From the NCBI RefSeq assembly GCF_009914755.1, contig NC_060932.1: 64,000 nucleotides of DNA; one strand, written 5' to 3'. The stretch is from the human T2T-CHM13v2.0 reference genome, Homo sapiens. Numbering within the stretch: the first letter of the stretch is position 1; each line of letters begins with the position of its first letter. The notes under the pieces were generated by a model. It did not search any database and was not told where the DNA came from. It saw only the letters and a program-made list of their open reading frames with translations. A program made the position numbers and the translations under genes. Shown here piece by piece: positions 26,810-40,134 of this stretch.

Positions 26810-27650
26810 CAGTATTGGGGTAGAGTCATGTAGCCTCACCCCACCCCCATCCTGCCTCTTCCTCCAGTTCATGTCCATCTGGAACCTCAGAATGTGACCT
26901 TATTTGGAAGTGGGGTTTTTGCAGATGTCATTAGTTAAGACTGGAGTAGAGTGATCTCTACATCCAATGACTGTGTTCTTATAGGAAAAGGAGAGGACTC
27001 GCAGGGACACAGGGAAGAAGCCTGTGTACAACAGAGGCAGAGAGTGGAGTTGTGCTGCCAGGAGCCAAGGAACGCCAGGGATTTATGGGAACCTCGGAAG
27101 CTAGGAGAGAGGCTGATATGGTTAGGTGTTGTGTCCCCACCCAAATTTCATCTTGAATTATAATCCCCATAATCCCTATGTGTCAAGGGAGAGACCAGGT
27201 GGAGGTAATTGAATCATGGGGGCAGTTTCCTCCATGCTGTTCTCGTGATAGTGAGTGAGTTCTCATGAGATCCGAAGGTCTCATAAGGGGCTCTTCCCCC
27301 TTCATTTGGCACTTCTCCTTCCTGCTGCCTTGTGAAGAAGGTGTCTTGCTTCCCATGCCATGATGGTAAGTTTTCTGAGGCCTCCTTAGCAATGCAGAAC
27401 TGTGAGTCAGTTAAATCTCTTTCCTTTATAAATTACCCAGTCTCAGGCAGTTCTTTTTAGCAGTATGAAAATGGACTAACACAGAGGCATAGAGCAAACG
27501 GACTCTCCCCAGAGCCTCCAGAAGGAACCAACCCTGCTGACACCTTGATTTTAGTCTTTTGGCCTTCTGAACTCTTAGAGGATCAATTTCTGTTGCTTGA
27601 GCCACTCAGTCTGTGGCTCTTTGTTCCAGCAGCCCTGGGAAACTAGACAG
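26810..27650 (+). mobile_element. MLT1C-like MaLR LTR, split by THE1
   Basis: ggaacctcagaatgtgaccttatttgga...gaagctaggagagaggc [THE1] gaggcatagagc...agcctccagaaggaaccaaccctgctgacaccttg. Confidence 0.8.
27114..27483 (+). mobile_element. THE1 (THE1D-like) solo LTR
   Basis: TG...CA ends, 370 bp, perfect 5-bp TSD gaggc. Confidence 0.9.
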
Positions 27651-30319
27651 CTACCCGCTGACTGAAACCTCCCCTTGCAACTGCCCTGCCACTCCTGCTT
27701 AGCACTTGTCCGCGCCTGGCATGGCATGTGTTTCACTTCTGCACCTTGCTGATTGTCAGCCTCCCCCGGTAGAATGTAAGCTTCACAAGGTCAGGGCTTT
27801 CAATCTCTTTTCTCTCTGCCTCATCTTCACCATCTAGAACAGTATGTGGAAGTGGACGAATGAGTGATTTCAGTTGCTGATTTATTCCCTTTCCTTGAGA
27901 AGACAGGGAGTCCCTTTTTGTTTTTATGGGAGTATTGGAATTCACAGAAACTATCTTAGCACTCTGTCACTCAAACAGTAGTGATTTAAACTAAAAAAGG
28001 CACTTGTTAAACCAGGGATATAATGTACACCAGTAGAGATCTCCCTTTGCGTCCAGTGACGTTGGCTGACTGCCAAGCTTTTATCCCTTCTTGCCATCGC
28101 TGCACAGTGTTTGATGGTCTCAGTCTCCAAAATGCAGCCAGGAAAGAAAACTCAGAGGCTGGTTCTTTGGTGGTCAACCCATAGATCCTGACCCTTTGGG
28201 TCCTACCAGCTTCTTTATTTAAGTTGCTCTTTCTTGTGACTTCTGCAGTGACTTGGCAGTCACTTAAAAATGGCCCTTGTCACTTATTATTTGGAGAAGC
28301 ACACGATACACAATTGCTTTGCCAAATGCCAACAATCTAGAAAAGGGCAGTCATCTCAGCTATTGTCTGGGCTTCAGGGAGCCATAAGGGCTCGGCATTG
28401 AAACAATAACTGGCATCTCAAACAAGCCCAATAGGGACGGCTGGTGCCAGAGGAGGGAGGTCTGTGCCAGCCACCACTGAGAAAAGCCAGGTCACTTCCA
28501 GCAGTAATGAGGACAGTCTCATCAACAAATGGCAGCGACCTACTCCAAAGGCCAGCTATGTCCAGTAGGGCAGCCATGAAGGCTGTGTGAGACAGGTAGA
28601 AAGGGGACTGGGAGAGAACTCAGGCTGACACAGGGCATGTCGAGTGTCTTAGGATCATTGACTGGGGACCATCCCTCAAAACTTACAGGTGAGGGGCTGG
28701 AGGCCCAGAGAGTGAATGTGAAGCCAAGCAGAGCAGGGCCAGGGAAAGGAGAGAAGAGAGGAGGGGAGAAGGGAGAAGGAAGAGGAGGACTGAGTGCATC
28801 CTGACTTCCTGGCCATGATTTTGTTACCAGTTCTTGTCCCTGAGGTCACTGGACTTGCCATCCTGGTTCCTGCAGCTCTTCTCCAATTCTCTGAGATACT
28901 CCAGCATCCTTCTGATAAACCCCCATTTTGACTTAAGCTTTTAAATTGGGTGGAAATCTCCTGGAAGTGAGAGGGTCCTGATGAATACTCAAGCAGTGTG
29001 GAGAGAAAAGGAAAAGAGAACACAGACTCTCCTAGGCCACCAGCATCCTACCCCTAGCACCAGTCTAGTTCAGCAGACGTTTCTTTGAACCCAGATGTGT
29101 TTCATCAGAATCCTTCTTAATACAGTGCTCTAGACGTTGGAATTGGCAATAACTGAAACATGTTTGTCATTCCCGAGGTAGAGTCCATACTTAGGTTACC
29201 AAATTACCCTTGAAACAACCCTATGAAGGTGACACCCTCATTCCAATAAAGAGAAAACCATTGCCAAAGTGGGTCAGTGGCTCAGCTGGTACATGCTTAA
29301 AACTAGTCCGTGTGATCACTAAATCCTAGCTGCTGCCACTACGCCCCATGAAGTCATGTGGAGCAGCCCGGAGCCAGGGCTTCAGTGGGACTTCAGAGCC
29401 ACAACTGCAGTGGAACTCTGCTTCCGCCTCAGTGAAAGTGGTTATTCTGAAGAAAGTAGCTCTACAATCCAACTGTTACAAAATCGCAGTCTGATGATGG
29501 CTGAGAAAGACAATTTGAGATTGGGCCACAGAAAGCTGGACAGGGGGTATATCTATCATCAAAACCTTGGCCACAAATGCAATCTGCCTGTCTGCAATAT
29601 CTTTGTCTGTAGAAAGAAGGTTAAAGAATTCTCAGTTCCCTAGAGGTACATGGTGAGATACCTGTGAGATGTGTATATCCCTGGCATTATTTATCTCATA
29701 CATCTTTAACTACATTTAGTTACTTTTGTTGTTAAAATTAAGGTGTTCTTTTTCATTTTGCCTTGAAACAGAACTACCTTGTAAGGATTTAAAACAGATG
29801 ATTGAATTTTGCTTGGAAAATGCAATCATGCCAAAGAAATGTATTCTGAGCAGCCAATGTTGCTTTTTAAAATTCTAGAGAAAATTCAATCAAGCAAATA
29901 GCTACAAAGTATAAATGACCTAAAATGACTTTGTATGGTTTGGTGGGCTTGGGGGGATTCAATTTTTTATAAAGACTTATGCAACATATCCCTAAGGGGC
30001 TGGTTTTAGAAAATAAGATGCATTAAAATCAGAGTTTGAGTGATGGTTAGACATTTGTGGCAATATATTAATGATTCTTACATCAGCCTAAGAACAAATG
30101 TGCAAGTCATTTAGTTAGGCCAATTTACATGTGGTGTGGGATGAAGGGCCCAAATAATAGAATCTTCTTTATTCTCTATTTCTTTTGTCTCCAGAGGGTT
30201 AATTGACAATGAAAAGGAGAGAGTTGGGGAGAGAAAGAGAGAAAGGGAGAGTGGAGTCATGGGTAGTGGAGCAAAATTGTGGCTGGGTTCAAATTGTGGT
30301 TCCACCAAGTGGTAGTCAT

Positions 30320-31045
30320 TAGGGCTGCCCACTAAGAGTTCTCCTCTTCTGGCACATGGTGGACTCTACTTCCCATCTCCTTGCAGTTAGACCTGGCCAT
30401 GTGACTTGCTTTAGCCAATGAGATGTTAGTGAAAGCGATGATGTCATTTCCAGGGAGAAGTCTCTTAAAAGCCAGTGCACAATTTGCTCATTCCCTTCGT
30501 CTGTCACTCCCACAGATGAGGCTGCAATGGCAGAGAATCTATTAGCCTGGGTCCCTGGTGAGGATGCTGTGGAGCAGAGCCCCCTGGCAACTTGTGATGA
30601 ATGGAGGGTGGCATGAGTGAGAAAACTTTGTTGTTTTAATCACTGAGTGATATGGTTTGGCTGTGTCCCTAGCCAAATCTCATCTTGAATTCTCACATGT
30701 GGGAGGGACCCGGTGGGAGGTAATTGCATCATATTGACAGGTCTTTCCCTTGCTGTTCTCGTGATAGTGAATAAGTCTCACAAGATCTGACGGCTTAATA
30801 AGGTGGAATTTCCCTGCACAATCTGTCTTTTTTCTTTGCCTGCCACTATCCATGTAAGACGTGACTTGCTCCTCCTTGTCTTCCACCATGATTGTGAGGC
30901 CTTTCCAGCCATGTGGAACTGTAAGTCCATTAAACCTCGTTTTCTTCCAAGTCTTGGGTATGTCTTTATCTGCAGTGTGAAACAGACTAATACACTGAGA
31001 TTTTAGAAGTGTTTGTTACCAATGCATACTCTAGGCTACCCTGAC
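30320..31045 (+). mobile_element. Old MLT1 (H/I/J-like) LTR, split by THE1
   Basis: ggccatgtgacttgctttagccaatgagatgttagtg...tgttgttttaatcactgag [THE1] ctgagattttagaagtgtttgttacc. Confidence 0.7.
30648..30994 (+). mobile_element. THE1A/B-like solo LTR
   Basis: tgatatggtttggctgtgtccc...gactaataca, 347 bp, perfect TSD ctgag. Confidence 0.9.
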
Positions 31046-32766
31046 CAACCCTCCATGTGACCTTGGGCAAAGTGCCTAACCTGTCATTTCTCAGTTTCTT
31101 CTTTTGGCAAATGGAGATCCTGACTCCTCTAAATTATTTTCAGAATTAATTGGAAAAATACATGGAAAAAGTGTGCCTGGCATACAGCAAGTGCTCAATA
31201 AACATTAGCTGTTACTATTTTATATGTGGATACATAGAAAGAATACTTCTCTATGTATTAAAAGCCTCCTTTCATATAATTGTGTAGGTGTTTGTGTTGA
31301 TGCATTAATATCTGTCCTTAGCCTGAGTCATGATGGAAGCTGAAAAGGATGTTGGGGGTGGGGGAAGACCTCTTCGCCTCTCACTTGCTTTTTTGAGGTA
31401 GCTACTTGTTGAGGGTGAATGTGTCAACAGTGTGGCACAGCATAGAGGATGGCATGGTCAGTGCCTAACTCATAAGCCCCTGGCCCCACACCACTCATGC
31501 TTTTAAGTGGCCAGATTGTCCCACCCTCACCTTCCACTTACTGGGGCTGTCTGCATCTGTTGCCATGGAAACGTATTGAAGTTGATGCTATGTATCCATT
31601 TGGATTTTTAATCTCCAAAAAACAGAAATAAGTCTGGCTAAATTAAACAGTAAGAAGACTTAGAAAAAGGAAAACAAAAGAAAAACCCAAGCATTACAAA
31701 ACTCACTGAGACCCCAGAAAGGGCAGAGCCAGGCTTGAAGGCTACGTGGTCAAGGACTCCACCCTAAATCATGCTTTAGACCTGGCCTGGAGAACTCGTC
31801 AGTTCTAGGCATGGACACTTCAGATTGACCCATGAATGCCATGAATGCTGCTGGTAGAACCTCTGCCATGGTTGCTGCTGGAACTTAGTGCAGCTCCTGC
31901 CTCTGTCACTACCCTCACCAAATGGAGTTCATGTGGTCTCTGCTTTTTCCTGTCACCAGTTCCTATAGGGAGAGGGACTCTGCTTCAGATGGTAGTGAAT
32001 TACCTCCTTTCCTTTCAAACTCCTTAACCAAATTTACAAGGTCCCAACCTTGCTAGGGGCCAGATCTAGCCTTTGGGATTCTACCACCGGCAAATTCCTT
32101 CAAATGTGTCCTGCAGACATTCTGAATGCACTGTGGTTTCCTGAGTACATCATGATCCCTTCTTTCTGTCTCTTTTCACATACTGTTTGAACTCTCACCC
32201 TCCCTTCAGTTGTTGTCACACAGATGCAGTGTGTTTGTCACCTGGCTTACTCCTCCAGGCAGCCCTCCAGATTGTGCAGGTTCAAGGCAGGAGCTCTACC
32301 TTTATGGTCTCCTTATATTTATCATACTGTAATGCATTTGCCTGTTTCCTTATCTATTCTTAGAGACCATGAGTTCTTTCAAGGCAGGCTATGTGTTTTG
32401 TTTCCCTTTGTGCCCCAAGTCCTACCACAGTGCCTGGTGCAGGTTAAGACTCAAGAAATAGTTGAAGAATAAATGAACAATGTTGAGGAAATCAAAAGAG
32501 TGCAGGCTTCCTCTTTATTTAATGCTCCTGGGAAAAGCCATCCTGCCCACTTGAGTCTGCTTCTGGCAAGAGCACAGTGGGATAGTTTGGAGAGAGATGC
32601 CTCATTTGTCCCCTTGATGTCCCTCTCACAGGTCTGGGCCACCTTCACACCTCAGAGCTTTTCTTTCATCACTGGGTTTGGTGTGTGATGACTCTTGTCA
32701 TAATCAAAAGTCTTCCTAGAAACTATTATTTTAGCTCACATTGCCTCTTGGTGTAACATGGTCTTC

Positions 32767-33607
32767 GTATTAGTTTTGTGGGGCTGCTGTACCAAATTAG
32801 CATAAACTGGTGACTAAAAACAACAGAAACTGATTCTCTCAGAGCTCAGTGGGCTAGAAGTCCACGATCAAGGTGGTGGCAAATTCAGTTTCGGATGAGG
32901 GCTCTCCTCCTGGCTTTAAGACGGCTACCTTCTTGCTGTGTCTTCACTTGACATTTCCTTTTGCAGTGGTAGGGGTGAGGGAGATGTCTCTAGTGTCCCC
33001 TCCTTTTCTTATAAGGACACCAATCCTGTCAAATTAATGCCCTACCCTTATCACATCATTTGTCCTTAATTACCACTTGTGATGGTTAATATTGAGTGTC
33101 AACTTGATTGGATTGAAAGATGCAAAGTATTGTTCCTGGATGTATCTGTGAGGGTGTTGCCAATGGAGATTAACATTTGAGTCAGTGGGCTGGGAAAGGC
33201 AGACCCACCCTCAATCTGGGTGGGCACCATCTAATCAGCTGCCAGTGCAGCCAGAATAAAAGCAGGCAGATGGACGTGAAGAGACGAGACTGGCCTAGCC
33301 TGCCAGCCTACATCTATATCCTGTGCTGGGATGTTTCCTGGCCTCAAACATCAGACTCCAAGTTCTTCAGTTTTGGGACTCGGACTGGCCTCCTTGCTCC
33401 TTGACTTGCAGATGGCGTATTGTGGGACCTCACCTTGTGATCACGTGAGTTAATACTCCTTAACAAACTCCTCTTTATATATACATCTAGCCTATTAGTT
33501 CTGTCCCTCTAGAGAACCCTAATACACCTCCCTAAGAGTCCTTTTTCCAAATACAGTTGCATTGGGGTTTAGGGCTTCAACATTTTGGGGTACCCAGAGC
33601 CTATAAC
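32767..33607 (-). mobile_element. MLT1A/B-like MaLR LTR, split by MLT2A
   Basis: gtattagttttgtgggctgctgtacc...ttttcttataaggacacc...ttagggcttcaacatttt. Confidence 0.75.
33078..33526 (+). mobile_element. MLT2A1/A2 (HERV-L) solo LTR
   Basis: tgtgatggttaatattgagtgtcaacttgattggattgaa...ctctagagaaccctaataca, 449 bp. Confidence 0.9.
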
Positions 33608-33849
33608 TTTCTTTAACATATATTTCTGCAAAATGGGAAAAAAGCCAGATCCATTATGTGAAGTCAGACTCTAAATAAAGATACTCTCATGACTGGGTGC
33701 ATTTGCCGTCACCCAATTTATTTTTTTCAGGAAAACTATACCCAAGCAACCATCAACACTTAGTTCATTTCTTTTTCCTTCCAAGAGTTAGTGAATAGCT
33801 GCCTGTATAATTCACATTTTGTTAACTTAAGATAACATAAACCTGGTTT

Positions 33850-34302
33850 TATTATTGAGTTATTGAGGTGATATTCACATAACATAAAACTAACCATTTT
33901 CAGTGGCATTTTGTACGTTCACAATGTTGTGCAACGATCACTTTTATCTAGTTCCAAAACATTTTAATCACCACCCAAAGGACCCCATTCTCATTAAAGA
34001 GTCACACCTTGTCTTCCCCTCCCCTAACCTGTGGCCACCACTACTTTCTGTCTGTATGGATTTTCCCATTTTGGACATTTCATATAAATGGAATAATACA
34101 ATGTGTGGCCTTTTGTGTCTGACTTGTTTCAGTTAATGTATTGTTTCCAAGGCTGATCCATGTTGCAGCATGTTTGAATACTTCACTGCTTTTTTTGTGA
34201 AATTATATTCTATTATATGGATATAGCACATTTTGATTATCCATTCATCTGTTGATAGACTCATGGGTTGTTTCTGTCATTTGGTTATTGTAAATACTGC
34301 CA
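33850..34302 (-). mobile_element. L1MB 3' end
   Basis: tattgaggtgatattcacataacataaaactaaccatttt...ttggacatttcatataaatggaat; a similar copy occurs at 57128-57365. Confidence 0.75.
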
Positions 34303-35834
34303 TAATTTTTAACTTTCTCTCTTCAAGGCAAATTCCAGTTTAAACCTTGCTGCCACTGTGTAGTGGACATTTTGTTTCCTACTTGAGGGAATTTACTTTA
34401 GGGGATCCTTGGGCAGTCTGGTTTATCCCTGACTAAGCATCCTTATCATTTCCTCACTGTAGAACTGGCACCACGTCTCCAGGCAGGGGCTTGTTCTATT
34501 AGGTCAGGCTGACCCTGTTCCCTGCTCGCATCCCCCAAAGAAATCCAGTTTGCTAAAAGCCAACATTCCTTTACCATTCTGAATTGCCCAGGCTTTACCA
34601 TAAAGAAATTAGAAAACATAGCAATAAACAATCTTGTTCTTAGTAAATGCTTGTTGTTTATTGCTTTGGGTAGAAAGGCAACAATATTTTATGAGGAAAG
34701 CAGATTTCTTTCTCTCTTTGGAAAGAGTCGCTCTGTTTTCTATTTTCAGATGCCAAGGAATATTAGCCTCCAGTTCTCATTAACTAGGTGCTTATGCCTC
34801 CATCTCTGGTCATTAGAAACTTCAGTAAAATGTACTAGTCCTACATTGTATCCTAGTAAATGGAGCAAAGTGAGCATGGATACAAATTTAACAAACCCAA
34901 ATATCTTTTAGGATTGTGAAAATAATCGCAGGTAGCTTGGAATATGAAGAGAAGCATAAAGAAGGGAAAAGAAATCACACAGAAGCCCACAACACAGGAA
35001 TGAGCTCTATGTACTAATGAGGATGTGAATCTGCCGTCGACAGCAGATCTGGGGATGGCTTCTGAGTCCCCGTCCATGCTGCAGATTCCAGACATGGACA
35101 GTCTGCTGAGGCCAGCACTTTTCCCCTTTTGAAGAAAGCAACTCGGCTACTCTGTGAATTAGCTGGGTGTGTAGAACTTTACAAGAGTGATTAATAGCAA
35201 CAAGACGGATAGCTGCTTTGAAGTCTAAGCCAAAGGCAGTTCATACTTTGCAGCCTTTTAAAAATGTCTTCATCTTTACTTCTAAAACTGCTGTGAATGC
35301 CAGAGCTATGGGAAAGAGCCAAGTTCAATCCTCACAGTGCTGGAGTGCATCAAATAACCCTGGGCAACAGGGTTCTTGCTCACTTTCTTGGGAGTTCTTA
35401 CTTAAATGGTAGTTTTTCACTTGATAATATAGCATCTGTCTCCTGCTTATAGAAATAAAGCTTTAAGAAAACAAGAAAAAGGAGATTTTTTTGATATGAA
35501 AATCAGAATGTTCTGAAACCTACAATTACAGTTATTCTCCAGCTTGAATGAACAACTTCAATCAATCAACCAGTCAACCATGTTGCCAATCAATCATTTA
35601 GGTTCTCTTGAGCAGAAGACATTTTTTTTGTGTGTGTGTAAAAGAAGTGTTAGTGATGATGGGTAAGGAATCATTAGGTGTCTACTTTTTGGCAGCCTCC
35701 CCCTGTTTCTTCACCTTGCTTCCAATTCTCATCATTAATCCAAGGGTCAAGAAATCTGGCAGAGTTTCAAGAAGGCACATTTATCCCAGGTCCAACCAAG
35801 TAGCAGGGCTATCCATTTTCCATTACACATTTAG

Positions 35835-36690
35835 TAAGCACCTGCGTGAAAACATGTTCAACATGATTAGCCATTAGTAAGACACAGTTAAGTCCACAAT
35901 GAGATAGCACTCCACACCTATTAGAATGACAAGAATAAAAAATAGTGACAACACCAAATGCTGGCAAGGGTGCAAGAAAATGATCATGCATACATTGCCG
36001 GTAGGAATTTATTTTAATTTTATTTTTGAGACAGAGTCTCACTCTGTTTCCCAGGCTGGAGTGAAGTGGCATGATCTCGGCTTATGGCAACTTCTGCTTC
36101 CCCGGTTCAAGTGATTCTTGTCCCTCAGCCTCCCGAGTAGTTGGGATTACAGATGGCTCATTTTTGTATTTTTAGTTGAGACAGGGTTTCGCCATGTTGG
36201 CTAGCTGGTCTCAAACTCCTAGCCTCATGTGATCTGCCCATTCTTAGCCTCCCAAAATGCTGGGATTACAGGCATGAGCTACCATGTCCAGCCACTGGTG
36301 GGAATTTAAAGTGGTACAGCCGCTCTGGAAAAGAGTATGGCAGTGTCTTCCAAAACTAAAGACACACTTACCACACGATCCAGCAATTGCAATCTTGAGC
36401 ATTTATCCCAGAAAAATGAATGTCATGTCCACATAAAACCTTGTACATTATTGTTCATAGTAGCTTTATTCATAACAGCCCCATACCGGAAACAACTCAA
36501 ATGTCCTTTAGTGGGTCAATGGTTAAACAAACTGCCACATCCATATCGTGGAATACTACACTGTTCCATTTATATATTAATATCCTTGAAGTTACAAAAT
36601 TTTAAAAATGGAGAACAGATTAGTGGTTTTTAGGGATTACAAGGGGGAAGAAGGATAGAGGGAGATGGAGGTTGTAAAAGGGTAGGGTGA
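35835..36690 (+). mobile_element. L1MB/MC 3' region with an antisense AluS at 36012-36293
   Basis: aaacatgttcaacatgattagccattag...acaacaccaaatgctggcaagg; Alu TSD ggt(a/g)ggaattta. Confidence 0.8.
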
Positions 36691-37138
36691 GTGGTGAAGG
36701 CTTGAACTAGAGTAGTGACTATGGGAATGAAGAGGAGGATGTGGCTGGAGAGTAGTCGGTGGGTAAGATTGCTTGGGTGCTTAGGATGACAGAAAGGTGA
36801 ATTGGCCATATGCCCTGACCCTAATATAGCATCTCACCCTATCACCCCTGTCCCGACTTGCAAGGGGCCTCCTTCTCTCTCCTAGTCAACCCCATCTGTC
36901 CTTGCTGTTTTCCTTGCGTACTGCATCATGAGGAGACGCCTCAACCACAAGCCTGCCATCCTCTGTCCTCTCACTCACCCCGTACTGAACTCCTTGGAGC
37001 CTCCCATCTCCTCTACACTGCATTACCAAGGATGCTCTGCCTGTGGTCTCAGGAGGGAATGGTGACTACAGAACATCAGAAATCTCTTACACCTTGAGTC
37101 TCGAAGCTAAATTAGTAATAAAAATAGTCTGTGGTAGC

Positions 37139-37510
37139 TGATATGATTTGGCTCTGTGTCTCCACCCAAATGTCACCTTTAATTGTAATCCACATAATCC
37201 CCATGTGTCAAGGGCAGGACCAGGTGGAGGCAATTGAATCATGGGGGTAGTTTCCCCCATGGTGTTCTCGTGATAATGAGTGAATCTCACGAGATCTGAT
37301 GGTGTTATAAGCGTCCGGCATTTCCCCTGCTCGAAACTATTTCGTCTTGCTGCCTTGTGGAGAAGGTGCCTGCTTCTTCTTTGCCTTCTGTCATGATTGT
37401 AAGTTTCCTGATGGCTCCCCAGCGGTGTGGAACTGTGAGTCAATTAAACCCCTTTCCTTTATAAATTACCCAGTCTCAGGTGTTTCTTCATAGCAGTGTG
37501 ACTAATATAA
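37139..37510 (+). mobile_element. THE1C/D-like solo LTR
   Basis: tgatatgatttggctctgtgtctccacccaaat...cttcatagcagtgtgactaatata; degenerate TSD gtagc / gttgc. Confidence 0.88.
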
Positions 37511-40134
37511 GTTGCATGTGCTGTTTCTTCTGCTGGAATTCTCTTCCACCCTTCTCCACCTGTCTCAGTGTACAAAAATAATATACATACTTATCATTAA
37601 AATTTCAAACAAAACAGGAAACTATAAGGAGGTGAAAGCCCCCTTAAACACCCGGCCCCACTCCCTAGAATTACATTGTAAACAATATTGTGTATCTCCC
37701 AAAATTTCGTTGAGCGCATAAAGTTGTTTTTTCCTTTGGTTGGTTTACTTTATAAATACTATTATGCTATATGCATTTGGCTTTTTTTTTCACTTAAAAT
37801 CACATTATGAACATCTTTCTATGAGGTACATGTCATTCAGCCTCATGTTACCATCTGCCTCTCATCACTGGGCTCTCCACTCCTGCCCCATCAGGTCTTC
37901 GCTAAGATGCGAGTCCTCAGCATTTGTATTCATTAGAAGTCTTGGTTGGTTGTAAGAGGAACCGGCTTTATTTCATTTTTTAAAAAGAGAGGGCATTTAT
38001 TATAAAGACCCTGGGGTTCTGATGGAACTGGAGAACAGAGACGGAATTAAGCCTCAGAGACAACTAGGATCAGGGTTCTCCAATCTTCCTCCTCTCTGTA
38101 TGCCTGTTCGATTCTTCTCCCTCCAAACTTGTTTCCTCTGCTTCCCCAACCACTCCCAAGGCTTACATATTACAGGCTCATCTACCGAGAGAGAGCCTGA
38201 TTTGTCTCTATCCTAATTCCCATATTCCTAAGGAAGGGGATTATGGTTATGCCACCACTTGTGGCTGGCCATGTTAGAAAAATTGGCTACACCTGTAACA
38301 AACATGGAAGTGAGAGATGAAGAAAATCACCTTACGATGGGTGGGACCAGATAGACAGGGCAAATGATGCTCAGGACACCTTCCTTAATCACTCCAAGTT
38401 GGAGTTAGGAGCCCTTCTCTGTAAGCTCAGAGCATTCTGTATATATACTATGAGAGCACTGAACACAATGAAATGTGAATGCTCATTTGTTTGTAGTTCT
38501 AGCTAAATGGTAAGCTCCATGAAGATAGGCACTGTTGTGTTTATCAATGCTTACTGGGCTATGACTGTGCCACTGAGGTTTTGGGATTGCTTATCACAGC
38601 AGTTACTCATCTCTAACCAAACATACCCTCCCACGTGATGACCCTATGTCCCTTCCCAAAAATGACCTGCTTTGAGCCACTCTCACCTTTGTTTATTGAT
38701 GTATTATTTACTGCTGGAGGAATATGCATATCTATAATCACTTGACTTGACTTTCGGGACACAAGGGAACTGTGGATATATTTGGACCTCTGTGTTTCTT
38801 ATGGTAAAATATTGGCCTTTTGCTGCTCCTATTCTGCAGGGCTCTGGTTGCTTTAGGTCTAATCCTCATCCAGGTACTTATGCTGGGCTGCTTTTCCACT
38901 CAAACCATTTGGGCTCTCGGGGCAAGGAGGAGTAGTAGCTCGATGTATTTTTGCTAAAGCTGCACTGATGGACAGTGGGCCAGAGCTGGGCTCTCTCAGA
39001 AGAGCTTTCAAGGTGGCCTGGGGTCAAGGTGCATTTTAATTTCTCCACGCTTAACTTTCATACCTTTGCTTAATACCTGTGATATTCCCTGCCCTTATAG
39101 TCAAAAATCAAGTTTTCCTTTATTCTTCCATTTCATCCTTCCCCGCTTCCTTCTCTTTGTTATTTTCCTTCCACAAATATCTCCTGCTGAACTCTAAGTT
39201 CTGTAACAACACAAATCAAGGCTTTTATTCATCACTATGTCCCATTACCCAGCTTGGTACTTAGCACATAGTAGAGGCTTAATATATATAGGTTGAATAG
39301 AGTTGGATATGAGACCTGAACCATATTAGATGCTGAGGAGGAAGGAGTGAGAAAAGATAATTTATGCCCTTATGCAACTCACAATCAAACTCTAAAGATT
39401 CTTCAGGAAGCAGTGGTCGTAATAAAAACCATAATAACCATAGCGATTGTTTATACGATGCTCACCATGCGCCTGGCACTGTTTTAAGCCTGACTGATTT
39501 TTGAGGGCAGGAGGTGGAGGGCACAGCACCAGGGGTCTTTGCTGCAGCTGATGTGGCCTCTGCAGAGGTTCAGAGACCTTATACAGCTGCTGTGACTGGT
39601 AGGTAGCTCAGGAGTGTGGGGGAAATGTTGGGTTCGAAGCACTTCAGAGAATCCCAAACTAGTTCACACCACCAGAGCTGAAGTAAATGACACGAGACCC
39701 AGCCCCGCTGAGCTTTTCTGGCTGCCATGAAAGCCATGCAATTCCTGACTTGAGTCTGAGACTCCAGAACTATTCTGTCTGGCTCCAAGTGTTCATGGAA
39801 CTCTCATGCAACAAAGGAAATGCCTGAGATAATAGGACACTTTAGAACTGTTTTGAGCAAGAGATATTTTGACGTGGTCTGAAAAAAAAATAAACCTGTT
39901 TATAAACATGACTAATGCATAATGGAGTCTGTCACTCTGTATTTCTGACATAAGGACCATGTGTTTGTGTTGGGACATGTTCCAAATTTCTAGAGAAAAA
40001 ATGGCGCCCCAGCAGTTAGTGGTGCTTTAGAGTTATGTATACTGGGACAGATGTCCTTAGAAAACCACTCTGTTTCAATCTGCAGTGATCTGGAATCTTC
40101 TCCATCCCTGAATGCCACCCCATGTCTTTACTCA

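Noticed and set aside
35020-35110. Cluster of 6-8 bp inverted repeats (gaatctgc/gcagattc, gtccatg/catggac)
   Set aside because: Overlapping short stems at a level expected by chance, with no other support. It also shows the background rate against which the other hairpin findings should be judged.
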